DNA from: an uncultured Mycoplasmatota bacterium
Lineage (GTDB): Bacteria; Bacillota_I; Bacilli_A; RF39; UBA660
Assembly: GCA_946490195.1 (NCBI GenBank)
Contig: CAMLWN010000003.1
Span: 1 to 52,399, forward strand
Direction: 5' to 3'
DNA length: 52,399 nucleotides
Both the position numbers and the translations under genes were made by a program. Under the pieces are notes generated by a model. It had not been told where the DNA came from. It did no database searches and saw nothing but the letters and a program-made list of their open reading frames with translations. Below, piece after piece: positions 1 through 9,549 of this stretch; the stretch's first letter is position 1, and each line of letters begins with the position of its first letter.

Positions 1-4
1 TCTA

Positions 5-141
5 CAGTCTCAAAGGAACTACTTATGTGTGCTTGAAACAACTGCATTTGCACTGTTTGTTATGCTGGTTTAATCCTAAGAGTTACAGGAAGTCTGCAAC
101 TCCTCCTACCGTGCTTTATAGTACACACTCCTTCATGACTG
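5..141 (-). ncRNA. Putative structured RNA (6S-like long irregular hairpin, or 5' leader of a gene beyond the left edge)
   Basis: Minus strand folds into nested pairings CAGTC/GACTG, GAAGGA/TCCTTT, GTGTGT/GCACAC, GCAC/GTGC and an apical GAGTTGCAG/CTGTAACTC, with an internal bubble. It lies directly behind a sigma-A-like promoter and has no ORF. Confidence 0.3.
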
Positions 142-143
142 AT

Positions 144-171
144 ATTATATAGAAAAATAAATTTAGTTCAA
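144..171 (-). promoter_or_regulatory. Sigma-A-like promoter driving the leftward RNA
   Basis: Minus strand TTGAAC (171-166), 16-nt spacer, TATAAT (149-144). Confidence 0.5.
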
Positions 172-202
172 GGTTTTCGTTCCTATGTGCGCCTTGAACT
201 AA

Positions 203-1180
203 GTGAAAGGAATGAAACTTGTTATGAAAATAAATTATCCTATTAAGTATGCCGCTATGCCGATAATTGAGCAAGTTGGCTGGGTTCATGGATTAAATGA
301 ATTAGAAAGAGATTATGGTGTTGTTTGTTACATTGTATCTAAGTGCTATCTATTAAACGATTCGACGAAATATATGGCAAACGGAAAAAGTGTTAAAGAA
401 TATGAAGTGGTCTTTCCATATCAATCAAGTATCAATGGTAAATGGGAAAAAACAATACCTACGTTTAATTTATTTAATTATGTTTGTACAAATTCAAATA
501 AAACCGATGGTGTATTTGATACGTATGAAGAAGCACTAATACACGCAACAGAAAAAAATGAAAAATTATGTAAAAAAACGTGGAGGTGGCTACCTTGTTC
601 ATCTGATCTTTTAGAAAAAATTCACGAAAAAAAAGAAGAGTTTTCTGGTAGATTGGCAAAATATAAAAAATTAGAACGTCAAATGTTACTTTATACTAAA
701 GATATGGAAGTAAATAAAAAAACAATGTTAAATGAAGTAATAGGTTTTGAAAATAATAAAGTTAAAGTATTATCCTGCAATTTATATGAAGCAATCCATA
801 TGTTTAGAAATACAGGGTTTGTAGTTTTTTCAGTAACTCAAGAACAATATGAAAAGTTACTAGAAATAGCTCGATTAAAGAGTGTTGATGACATTCGGTT
901 TGTAGGTCCAACTAAATGTTTATTAATGCATGAAGAAACAGGTTCTGAGGTGTATGTCATAAACCAAAATGCAGAAGGAATTTATTATCTAGATGAAAAT
1001 GAATCATTACATTATCAAGATAAAGGTACACTACCTGAATTTAAAAGTATTGATGAAAACACTTATGTTTTATACACTACAGAAACATTTGAAGATATAA
1101 TAAATAGTTATAAAAGTCACAAAGGCATTGATTTATCAAAAATCAAGGGCCCTTCATTAAAAAAAGTTCAAAAAAAATAA
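203..1180 (+). CDS. Hypothetical protein, lysine-rich C-terminus
   Basis: 325-aa ORF with no recognised motif; true start may be a downstream ATG; ends GPSLKKVQKK. Confidence 0.6.
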   Translation: MKGMKLVMKINYPIKYAAMPIIEQVGWVHGLNELERDYGVVCYIVSKCYLLNDSTKYMANGKSVKEYEVVFPYQSSINGKWEKTIPTFNLFNYVCTNSNKTDGVFDTYEEALIHATEKNEKLCKKTWRWLPCSSDLLEKIHEKKEEFSGRLAKYKKLERQMLLYTKDMEVNKKTMLNEVIGFENNKVKVLSCNLYEAIHMFRNTGFVVFSVTQEQYEKLLEIARLKSVDDIRFVGPTKCLLMHEETGSEVYVINQNAEGIYYLDENESLHYQDKGTLPEFKSIDENTYVLYTTETFEDIINSYKSHKGIDLSKIKGPSLKKVQKK

Positions 1181-1244
1181 TATAAACGTTTTATGAGACA
1201 AACTTAGTATAAAAAATAAAATCAAAAAAATTGGGAGGAAACGC

Positions 1245-2462
1245 ATGGCAAGAATCGCAATTATTGGAGGAGGAGCATCCGGATTAACAGCAAGTATTTA
1301 TGCTTCTAAAAATCATAAGGTAACTATTTTTGAAAGAAACAATGTTTGTGGGAAAAAAATCACAATTACAGGAAATGGAAAATGCAATTATTGGAATGAA
1401 GATCAAGAGTTAAAACATTATCATAGCCACACTCCAGAAGCATTAAAAAGTTTCTTTGATACCTCTATACAAAAAGAAGTTGAAACTTTTTTTAATAACC
1501 TAGGAATATTTCCAAAAATAAAAAATGGCTATTATTATCCATATTCCATGCAAGCGACAAGTATCAGAAATGCTTTAGTAAAAAAAGCTCTGTCAAATAA
1601 TGTGAAAATCTTATATGATTTTTTAGTTGAAGAAATAGAAAAAGAAAATGATATATTTATTATTAACCCAAAAAAAGAGCACTTAGTTTTTGATAAAGTG
1701 GTGCTAGCTTGTGGATCAATGGCAGCTAAAAAAACAGGATCAGATGGAATAGGCTACGAATTAGCTAAAAGTTTTGGGCACAAAATAGTCAAGCCAGAAC
1801 CAACTCTTGTGCAATTAGTAAGTAACACCACATTTTTAAAAGATTGGCATGGTGTTCGATGCGAATCAGTGGTGTCTTTACACATTGAAGATAAATTATT
1901 TTGCCAAGAAAAGGGAGAAATACAACTTACAGATTATGGAGTAAGTGGTATCTGTATATTTAATATAAGCCGTTACGTAAAAGAAAATTTGCATGCTAAG
2001 AAAAAAATACTATTACATATAAATTTTCTTCCAGAATTTCAAAATTCATCTTCTAAAGAATTAGCAAATTGGTTAGATAAACGTGCTGAAAATTTAAAAG
2101 GCTATAGTCTAGAAGAAATGTTAGAAGGAATTTTACCATATAAACTCCTTTTTGTGGTTTTAAAAGAAGCTCATCGAAAAAAAGAAGAGCATTGGTTATC
2201 ATTAAAAGAAGAAGAAAAAATAAACTTAATTCAAAAAATAAAAGATTTTACTATCCCAATTATAGATACTTTAGACTTTGAACACGCCCAAGCTTGTTCA
2301 GGCGGAGTATCTTTACAAGAAATAGATATGAATACAATGGAGTCAAAACAAATTAAAAATTTATATATTCTAGGAGAGCTATTAGATGTAGACGGAGATT
2401 GTGGGGGATATAATCTGGGCTTTGCCTGGATGAGCGGGATAAAATGTGGAAAAAATTTATGA
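1245..2462 (+). CDS. NAD(P)/FAD-dependent oxidoreductase, HI0933/BaiN (YhiN/YtfP) family
   Basis: GGGASG FAD motif, GKKITITGNGKCN, GSDGIGY, C-terminal GELLDVDGDCGGYNL; GGGAGG RBS. Confidence 0.9.
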   Translation: MARIAIIGGGASGLTASIYASKNHKVTIFERNNVCGKKITITGNGKCNYWNEDQELKHYHSHTPEALKSFFDTSIQKEVETFFNNLGIFPKIKNGYYYPYSMQATSIRNALVKKALSNNVKILYDFLVEEIEKENDIFIINPKKEHLVFDKVVLACGSMAAKKTGSDGIGYELAKSFGHKIVKPEPTLVQLVSNTTFLKDWHGVRCESVVSLHIEDKLFCQEKGEIQLTDYGVSGICIFNISRYVKENLHAKKKILLHINFLPEFQNSSSKELANWLDKRAENLKGYSLEEMLEGILPYKLLFVVLKEAHRKKEEHWLSLKEEEKINLIQKIKDFTIPIIDTLDFEHAQACSGGVSLQEIDMNTMESKQIKNLYILGELLDVDGDCGGYNLGFAWMSGIKCGKNL

Positions 2463-2613
2463 GTGTGAAATAAATTGGATAAATCATAATACTAATTTCT
2501 ATGAACTCCTTTTTTAAAATACAATAAAATAGTATAAAAGTTTTAATAATCTATATCATATTTGCATTTTTTTTGAAATATGATATAATGATAAAGTCCG
2601 AGGTGAAAAGATA

Positions 2614-3111
2614 ATGAGTTTGAAAAAAGCTTATGAATTTGACCAGATTGTAAATGATATTGCAAATCATGAACAATTTTTGCTGTTAAAACATGAACTT
2701 CATCATGGAATCAGTCGATATGAACATTCGATGCGAGTTGCAAAAATGACATATTCCGTAACAAAAAAAATGCATTTGGATTATGAAAGAGCAACGAGAG
2801 CAGCATTACTTCATGATTTTTATACCGATAAAGATACGGAAAGTTATACAACAAAAGAAACGTTTAAAGTTCATCCTAAAATAGCAGTTATGAATGCTAA
2901 AAAATATTTTGATATAGATGCAAAGCAGGAAAATATGATTGAATCTCATATGTTTCCAGCAGCGTTGACAATGCCAAAATATACAGAAAGTTGGATTATT
3001 ACAGGAGCAGATAAAGTAATTGCTTCTCATGAGATGTATCGATATAAAGCTCAAATGGTTTTAGGAATATGGTTAATATTTTTATTTAACGTGATAGCGA
3101 TTCAAAAATAG
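2614..3111 (+). CDS. HD-domain phosphohydrolase
   Basis: H...HS.RVA, ALLHDF, HP..A, SHMFP, ADK motifs; upstream TTGCAT-16-TATAAT with TG extension (2562-2589). Confidence 0.85.
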   Translation: MSLKKAYEFDQIVNDIANHEQFLLLKHELHHGISRYEHSMRVAKMTYSVTKKMHLDYERATRAALLHDFYTDKDTESYTTKETFKVHPKIAVMNAKKYFDIDAKQENMIESHMFPAALTMPKYTESWIITGADKVIASHEMYRYKAQMVLGIWLIFLFNVIAIQK

Positions 3112-3121
3112 TTTTTTTGGA

Positions 3122-3150
3122 TTGTTATCCGTCTTTTTTTTTGATATAAT
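3122..3150 (+). promoter_or_regulatory. Sigma-A promoter of the Tad locus
   Basis: TTGTTA-17-TATAAT with TG extended -10. Confidence 0.55.
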
Positions 3151-3174
3151 ATTGAAAGAATAGGGGAGTAAGTT

Positions 3175-3393
3175 ATGAATCGTAGGGGTCAAGCTTTAGT
3201 AGAGTATGTGTTAATTATTGCTTTAATCAGTGTAATAACAATCAGCATTGTGTCTTATTTTGGAGGCTATTTAAAAGATGCTATAACAAAATCTTCATGT
3301 GGCATTGCCGACAAAGTCTATGTTGAAGGAGAAAAACCAGGAGAAGCTAAATGCGTTTCTGAAAGCGAGTTAGAGGAAATGCAAAAGGAATGA
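3175..3393 (+). CDS. flp: Flp family type IVb major pilin
   Basis: RRG|QALVEYVLIIALI Flp motif (E+5, Y+6); 72 aa. Confidence 0.85.
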   Translation: MNRRGQALVEYVLIIALISVITISIVSYFGGYLKDAITKSSCGIADKVYVEGEKPGEAKCVSESELEEMQKE

Positions 3394-3399
3394 TGAAAC

Positions 3400-3750
3400 A
3401 TGAAAAAGAAAAGGGGTCAAGCTTTAGTAGAATTCGTTATCATATTGCCAATTTTTGTTTTTATGGTACTTGCAATTATTGATATTGGAAAAATTTTGTT
3501 CATGCGAAACGAACTAGAAAATGAATTGAGTGACGTGATTGATTTATATCGTAACCAAAAAACGTATGATGAAATAACTAACGAATTAAAAAAACAAGAT
3601 GAAGATATTTTATTGGAAGTAAAAAATAATGATAATGAAACAGTAACATTTTATTTAAAAAAAGAAGTAGAAATAATCACACCTGGATTAAATTTGATTT
3701 TTGAAAACCCTTATACCTTAAAAGTACAAAGAGTGATAGGCTATGAATAA
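3400..3750 (+). CDS. tadE: TadE-like minor pilin
   Basis: KRG|QALVEFVIILPIF...IIDIG. Confidence 0.85.
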   Translation: MKKKRGQALVEFVIILPIFVFMVLAIIDIGKILFMRNELENELSDVIDLYRNQKTYDEITNELKKQDEDILLEVKNNDNETVTFYLKKEVEIITPGLNLIFENPYTLKVQRVIGYE

Positions 3751-4114
3751 AAAAGGACAAACATTAATTTTATTCGTGATTTTAATTCCGATTTTAGTTA
3801 CTATTACAGCAGTAGTGGTTGACATTGGCACTTTAGAGTTTACCTACCAAAAACTAAAAGGAATTGTTGATGAAAGTATCAAAGAATACTATCTGAAAGA
3901 TGGAAGAAACTCTATGGAAGCCACTTTAGAATACAATGATTTATCTAAAGAACTTTATAAAATTTCGGAAAGCGATAATGAAGTAAATGTATATTTGACC
4001 TATGAAATGGATTCCATTTTTGGACGTCTTATTAATATTCCTTCCTATGAAATAATTGTGAATCGTAAAGGAAGAATAGAAATGGACCAAATTATTATTG
4101 AAGAAGGAGACTAA
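3743..4114 (+). CDS. TadG/TadE-like pseudopilin
   Basis: KKG|QTLILFVILIP...VVDIG N-terminus typical of Tad N domains. Confidence 0.75.
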   Translation: MNKKGQTLILFVILIPILVTITAVVVDIGTLEFTYQKLKGIVDESIKEYYLKDGRNSMEATLEYNDLSKELYKISESDNEVNVYLTYEMDSIFGRLINIPSYEIIVNRKGRIEMDQIIIEEGD

Positions 4115-4117
4115 AAA

Positions 4118-4906
4118 ATGAAAAGAAAAACAGGAAAAAGCATTTGTTTATTCTCAGGAAAAGGTGGAGTTGGAAAAACCGTTTTAACTTTAAATTTAGC
4201 AGGAATATACAAAATGATTGGCAAAAAAGTATTAATAATGGACTTAGATTTATCTAGTGGAGGAATTTCCCTAGCCACAAACAAGCCTTCTGAAAAAAAT
4301 ATTTACACTTTAGTGGATGATCATAATAACAATCGTTTTCGTAATTTTCAAGATTATGTCGTAAAATATACAGAAAAAATAGATATACTTGCTAGCCCTA
4401 AAGATCCAAGACAAGCTTCGAAAATTGACTCAAAATACATTGAAATAGCCATTGACAAAGCTGAGTATTTATATGATGTAGTATTAATTGATACAAATCA
4501 TAATTTGAATGAAGTAAACCTAGTCATTTTAGATGCGGTAAAAAGCATTTTATTTGTAATGAACAATGACCCTATGGATTTAAAAAACATGAAAAGTCTA
4601 TTATCGATTTTCCGCGACTTAAAAAAAGAGAATTACAAAATCGTTTTAAATAATGCAAGAGACCCAATGAAAAAATATTTTACTCTTTTTGATATGAAAA
4701 ATATTATTAAAGCAAATATTGATTATGTAATATCAGAAGAATTCTATGTAAAAAATATAGACAATTATATTATGAATGGAGAAATCATTACCTTGCAAAA
4801 AAAAGCAGCAAGTGTATTTAACAAAGATTATACCACTCTAATGAAAATCGCTACGGATTTATATGGAAAGGAGGAACAAGAAAGTCATGAAGAAGAGCTT
4901 AGTTGA
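4118..4906 (+). CDS. cpaE: TadZ/CpaE-like ParA/MinD ATPase
   Basis: SGKGGVGKT deviant Walker A, DLDL, YDVVLIDT; position in Tad operon; no receiver domain. Confidence 0.8.
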   Translation: MKRKTGKSICLFSGKGGVGKTVLTLNLAGIYKMIGKKVLIMDLDLSSGGISLATNKPSEKNIYTLVDDHNNNRFRNFQDYVVKYTEKIDILASPKDPRQASKIDSKYIEIAIDKAEYLYDVVLIDTNHNLNEVNLVILDAVKSILFVMNNDPMDLKNMKSLLSIFRDLKKENYKIVLNNARDPMKKYFTLFDMKNIIKANIDYVISEEFYVKNIDNYIMNGEIITLQKKAASVFNKDYTTLMKIATDLYGKEEQESHEEELS

Positions 4907-6218
4907 AGCCTTTAATATTGAAAGAAAACCCCAAAAAACAGTTTATGTATCCGATTATGAAATATTCCCAGATAAAAAACTTCTAGATGATTTAAGAACC
5001 AAAATTGTTGAAAATTTAATTGATAAAGAAATACCCGAAGATAAGTTATTAAATCAATTTATTAATGACGAAATTGATAGAACGATTGAAGGATACGATT
5101 TGTCCAATCTAGAACGTAGCCATTTATACAATTTGATTGATAACGAAATCAATGGCTATGGACCTTTAACAGAGCTTTTAGAAGACAAAAACATCACCGA
5201 AATCATGGTAAATAGTCCAAAGGAGATTTATATTGAAATTGATGGCCAAATTATTAAAGACGAAAGTGTTTCATTTATAAATGACGAACACATTATAAGA
5301 ACGATTGAAAGAATGATCGGACCAATGGGAAGAACAATAGATGCCACCAATCCAATGGTTGACTCGAGATTAAAAGATGGTTCTAGAATTAATGCGGTTA
5401 TTCCTCCTTTAAGTACAAAAGGACCAGTTATTACAATAAGAAAATTTAGAGGAGAAATGACTAAAGCAGACGACATGATTCGTATTGGTTCCATGACTCC
5501 ATACATGGCAACATTCTTAGAAGCAGCAGTTAAAGGAAAATGTAATATCATCGTTTGTGGAGGAACTGGTTCAGGAAAAACAACTCTATTAAATATTTTA
5601 AGTAGTTTTATTCCTGATGACGAACGTATCATAACAATTGAGGATGCTGCAGAATTAAAATTAGAAAAAGAGCATGTAATATCCTTAGAAACACGAGTAA
5701 CAAATTACGACAACGAAGGTGAGATTACGATTCGTGATTTAGTTATCAATGCACTTCGAATGCGACCAGATAGAATTATTGTTGGTGAAGTAAGAGGAAA
5801 AGAAGCATTCGATATGTTACAAGCAATGAATACTGGACATGAAGGTTCACTTACAACACTACATGCAAATGGACCAAAAGATGCTTTAAACCGTCTTGAG
5901 ACAATGGTGTTAATGAGTGGTTTAGATATACCCATTAGAGCAATTAGAGAATACATTGCAAGTGCGATAGATTTAGTTGTAAATATTGAAAGAATGAGTG
6001 ACGGAAAAAGAAAAATTACAGCCATTTCAGAACTTGAGAAATTTGAAGATGGTGAATTAGAACTTCGAGATATTTTTGCTTTTCGTCAGAAAGGTTTAAC
6101 ATCATCCGGAGAAGTAGATGGTGAATACATTCTTTACGACCAACAATTACCTAAAGTTTATAAAAAAATAGTTACTAAAGGAATAACAGATATTGATTTT
6201 ATGTTTCATCAAAAATAA
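4887..6218 (+). CDS. cpaF: TadA/CpaF pilus assembly ATPase
   Basis: GGTGSGKTT, TIEDAAEL, ALRMRPDRIIVGEVRG, AMNTGHEGS; start moved to ATG 4887 behind GGAGG. Confidence 0.95.
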   Translation: MKKSLVEAFNIERKPQKTVYVSDYEIFPDKKLLDDLRTKIVENLIDKEIPEDKLLNQFINDEIDRTIEGYDLSNLERSHLYNLIDNEINGYGPLTELLEDKNITEIMVNSPKEIYIEIDGQIIKDESVSFINDEHIIRTIERMIGPMGRTIDATNPMVDSRLKDGSRINAVIPPLSTKGPVITIRKFRGEMTKADDMIRIGSMTPYMATFLEAAVKGKCNIIVCGGTGSGKTTLLNILSSFIPDDERIITIEDAAELKLEKEHVISLETRVTNYDNEGEITIRDLVINALRMRPDRIIVGEVRGKEAFDMLQAMNTGHEGSLTTLHANGPKDALNRLETMVLMSGLDIPIRAIREYIASAIDLVVNIERMSDGKRKITAISELEKFEDGELELRDIFAFRQKGLTSSGEVDGEYILYDQQLPKVYKKIVTKGITDIDFMFHQK

Positions 6219-6236
6219 AAAAGAAAGGAGCAGGAC

Positions 6237-7244
6237 ATGGAAAACTATTCATGGCAAATATTAATTACTCAAAGCATAGTAATTATCATTTTACTCATAT
6301 TAATTATTTATTTATTTCGCCAGAAAAGAATTATTCGTTTAGAAAAGCGTTTTGAAGATTTTGCTTTACTAAGCGTCCATGATCATGAAAAATCTTTCTT
6401 TGATGGAGTTTCAGAAAGGTTATGGACTTGGATTCATAAGTTTGCTAAAGTCCTAAATAAAAGTGCCTTTTTAAAAAAATACAGTCTAAAATACGAAAAA
6501 CATATTAAATATGAAGATAAAGATTCAATGAGCGGAATGGATTATATTGCAATAAAATTTCTAGTAGGTATTGGTCTTATTCTTTTAAACATTTTAACAT
6601 TTATGTTCCAAGTTATGGTTATGACACCTATGAGTTTTTTGATTTCCTTTTTGATTGGCTTTTTTCTTCCAGATATCTTTATCCAAATTGATTATCAGAA
6701 AAAAAGAAAGAAAATTGAAGAAGATTTATTAAAAGCAATTATTATTATGAATAACAGTTTTAAATCAGGAAGAAACATTATGCAAGCTGTTCAAATTGTT
6801 AAAGAAGAACTTGATGGACCCATCAGTGATGAATTCAAAAAAATCTATTTAGATATGACCTACGGACTAAGTATTGAAGTGGTTTTTGACCGTTTCTACA
6901 ATCGAGTAAAATTAGATGATGCAAAATATATTACAAGTTCATTAACTCTTTTAAATAAAACAGGAGGAAACATTGTTAAAGTTTTTGGAACAATTGAACG
7001 ATCATTTTTTGACAAGAAAAAGCTAAAACAAGAAATGCAAAGTTTAACAAGTGCATCCATTTTTGTTTTTAGAACTCTTTGTTTCTTACCCTTGTTATTT
7101 ATCGTCATTATTTATATTTTGAATCCAACTTATTTTGCTCCAATGTTTACAACCAATTTAGGAAGAATGATACTATTTTTAGTAATCTTACTCTATATTC
7201 TTTATATTTTAGTAATTAAGAAAGTATTGAAGGTGAAATTCTAA
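6237..7244 (+). CDS. tadB: TadB (T2SS F domain) membrane protein
   Basis: Multiple TM helices; NSFKSGRNIMQA, GPISDEF, KTGGN. Confidence 0.85.
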   Translation: MENYSWQILITQSIVIIILLILIIYLFRQKRIIRLEKRFEDFALLSVHDHEKSFFDGVSERLWTWIHKFAKVLNKSAFLKKYSLKYEKHIKYEDKDSMSGMDYIAIKFLVGIGLILLNILTFMFQVMVMTPMSFLISFLIGFFLPDIFIQIDYQKKRKKIEEDLLKAIIIMNNSFKSGRNIMQAVQIVKEELDGPISDEFKKIYLDMTYGLSIEVVFDRFYNRVKLDDAKYITSSLTLLNKTGGNIVKVFGTIERSFFDKKKLKQEMQSLTSASIFVFRTLCFLPLLFIVIIYILNPTYFAPMFTTNLGRMILFLVILLYILYILVIKKVLKVKF

Positions 7245-7945
7245 TGAAAGAAAGAAGCTTAGTACGAAAAATTTATTCGGAAAAATCTATTCAAAAAATC
7301 GAAAAGAAAATTAAACTATTAGGAATTCATTGTCATTACAAAGCAATTGACCTTTTGAATTATCGCTTACTAATTAGTCTTGCTATCTTTTTTCTTTTAT
7401 TAGCATTTAACAAAAATGGATATATTTTAGCTCCAATAGTGGTTCTTATTTTTCACTATTTAAGTGAATATGTAGTTCTAGATTATCCAATTAAAAAAAG
7501 AGAAAAAAAATTAGAAGAAGAAGCCATATTCTTTTTTGAAGTTCTTGCGTTAACTTTAGAAAGCGGAAGGAACTTAACACTTTCTTTACAGATAACTTCC
7601 AAAAATATTCAATCAGAATTATCTGAAGAATTTCAAAAATCTTTACAAGAAATAAGTTTAGGTAAAACGTTTGCTGAAGCAATAACGGATATGAAACAAA
7701 GAATACCAAGTGATACAATTAACAATGCTTTATTAAATATTGTTCAATCAAGTATTTTCGGAAATAATATAGAAGAATCATTAAATAATCAATTAGACTT
7801 TTTACGAGACAAAAGAATATTAGAAGTAAAAAGTCAAATTGGAAAATTACCAACCAAAATCAGTATCATATCTGTAATCTTTTTCATTCCAATTATTCTA
7901 ATTGTGATTTTAGCTCCAGTAGTTATTGATTTTTTTGTAGGATAA
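7244..7945 (+). CDS. tadC: TadC (T2SS F domain) membrane protein
   Basis: LTLESG, ELSEEF, LGKTFAEA, KLPTKI...FFIP; translationally coupled to tadB. Confidence 0.85.
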   Translation: MKERSLVRKIYSEKSIQKIEKKIKLLGIHCHYKAIDLLNYRLLISLAIFFLLLAFNKNGYILAPIVVLIFHYLSEYVVLDYPIKKREKKLEEEAIFFFEVLALTLESGRNLTLSLQITSKNIQSELSEEFQKSLQEISLGKTFAEAITDMKQRIPSDTINNALLNIVQSSIFGNNIEESLNNQLDFLRDKRILEVKSQIGKLPTKISIISVIFFIPIILIVILAPVVIDFFVG

Positions 7946-8001
7946 ACTAGTATTTATTTTAAAAATTCGTTATAATAAATATAGAATAAAGGTGAAAAAA
8001 T

Positions 8002-9444
8002 ATGAACGATAACTTAAGTTTTAAAAATATATTTAAACGAGAAACCAAATTAGCAACATATATTGTTATTTGTATGACGATTGTTGTACTAAGTCTTTCA
8101 TATGCCATGTTTTTCAAAGTAGATGGAAATAGTAAAAATCAAGTAGTTGAAGCAGGAGATTTAGTATTTACCTATGAAAATTCATCACAAACAATTACAT
8201 CAGAAGGAAAAGAAAGTTGTTTCATGCCAATGAGTGTAGAGGAAACGAAACTCTATTTAGGAACATGTGATTATAAATTAAGTGTCCAAAATACAGGAAG
8301 TTTAAAAGGAGCATACACATTAAGACTCATAGCTAATGAAGCAAACACAATAGAAGCACATAAATTAAAAGTGGTTTTAAGAAGACAGGAAGGAGAAAGT
8401 TTTCAAGTCGTAAATGGATATGAAAATGGGAAAACAGTAAGTGAATTAACAGATGGAATACTTATAGAAGATGAAGAAATGGAACAAAATAGTACCACAG
8501 TTTACAGTGTATCCCTAATTATAGATGAAAGTGTAGCAACAGAAGAAGACACATCCAAAGTATTATCCTATAAAATAGAAGGAACAGGATTAGTACATGA
8601 AAGTCAAGATATTCATACTGATCCGACTTATTGTGAGAAAAATCCACAAACAAGCGCATGTGAAATCTTAGCCAAAGGAGAAACAGATGAATTAAAGTTT
8701 GATAATACACCAGATAACAATTTAAGATATATAGGAGCCAATCCAAATAATTATGTATCTTTTAATAATGAATTATGGAGAATCATCGGAGTATTTAATA
8801 ATATCGATGATGGAACAGGAACAAAAGAAACTAGATTAAAAATTATAAAAAATGAACCATATAACACGGGTACAGCAACAGTATGGGATAGTGAAAACTC
8901 AAACGATTGGACAACAGCAAGTTTACAAGAAGAATTAAATGGAAATTACCTAACTAGTATAGAAAATTCATATCAAGAAATGATAGGAAATGCTAAATGG
9001 AACCTAGGAGGATTATGGAGTTCAACATATATCCCATCAAGTATCTATACATCAGAAAGAGGTACGACAGTATCCAGTGGGCATGCAACAGAATGGATAG
9101 GCAAAATAGGATTAATGTATCCAAGTGACTATGGATATGCAACCAGTGGAGGAAGTACAACGAATAGAGAAACATGTTTAAATACAGAATTACTCAGTTG
9201 GCGTGAATATGATAATTGTTTCAACAATGATTGGCTATATGATAGTTCAAGTTGGCAATGGACCTTAACTTCTGATTCATTCTATTCGGACAACGTGTAC
9301 GGTGTGAGTAGTAGCGGCGCTGTCACTACCCTCAAAGCGTTCCGCTCGGGTAATGCTGTTTTCCCCGCCTTATATCTATCCTCTAACGTTAAAATAAGTG
9401 GAGGAGAAGGAACGGAAGATTCACCGTTCACCCTAAGTCTATAG
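8002..9444 (+). CDS. Surface protein: N-terminal TM/SipW-like signal, TasA-like domain, C-terminal DUF6273/C-type-lectin-like domain (putative DGR target)
   Basis: LSYAMF...NQVVEAGDL N-terminal motif; NPNNYVSFNNELWRIIG; IGLMYPSDY; terminal WQWTLT...VYGV...G...AVFPALYL; own TATAAT at 7971-7976. Confidence 0.75.
   Translation: MNDNLSFKNIFKRETKLATYIVICMTIVVLSLSYAMFFKVDGNSKNQVVEAGDLVFTYENSSQTITSEGKESCFMPMSVEETKLYLGTCDYKLSVQNTGSLKGAYTLRLIANEANTIEAHKLKVVLRRQEGESFQVVNGYENGKTVSELTDGILIEDEEMEQNSTTVYSVSLIIDESVATEEDTSKVLSYKIEGTGLVHESQDIHTDPTYCEKNPQTSACEILAKGETDELKFDNTPDNNLRYIGANPNNYVSFNNELWRIIGVFNNIDDGTGTKETRLKIIKNEPYNTGTATVWDSENSNDWTTASLQEELNGNYLTSIENSYQEMIGNAKWNLGGLWSSTYIPSSIYTSERGTTVSSGHATEWIGKIGLMYPSDYGYATSGGSTTNRETCLNTELLSWREYDNCFNNDWLYDSSSWQWTLTSDSFYSDNVYGVSSSGAVTTLKAFRSGNAVFPALYLSSNVKISGGEGTEDSPFTLSL
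9253..9378 (+). other. Putative DGR variable region (VR)
   Basis: Of 33 codons at 9271-9369, 26 end in C/T and only 2 in A; 53/99 G+C by hand count against an AT-rich gene. The pattern fits AAY template codons mutated at adenines. Confidence 0.6.
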
Positions 9445-9461
9445 AATACCTAAAAATGGGG

Positions 9462-9487
9462 CCCAGCCACGTGTAATAGTGGCAGGG
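9462..9487 (+). promoter_or_regulatory. GC-rich hairpin downstream of the VR gene (candidate DGR target-recognition stem-loop)
   Basis: CCC-A-GCCAC GTGTAATA GTGGC-A-GGG with no U-tract, so not a typical intrinsic terminator. Confidence 0.45.
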
Positions 9488-9549
9488 GAGCGCACTCAGT
9501 TATCCACATAAAAAATCAAATTTTTTCAAGTACAAGGAATAGTGATGTT

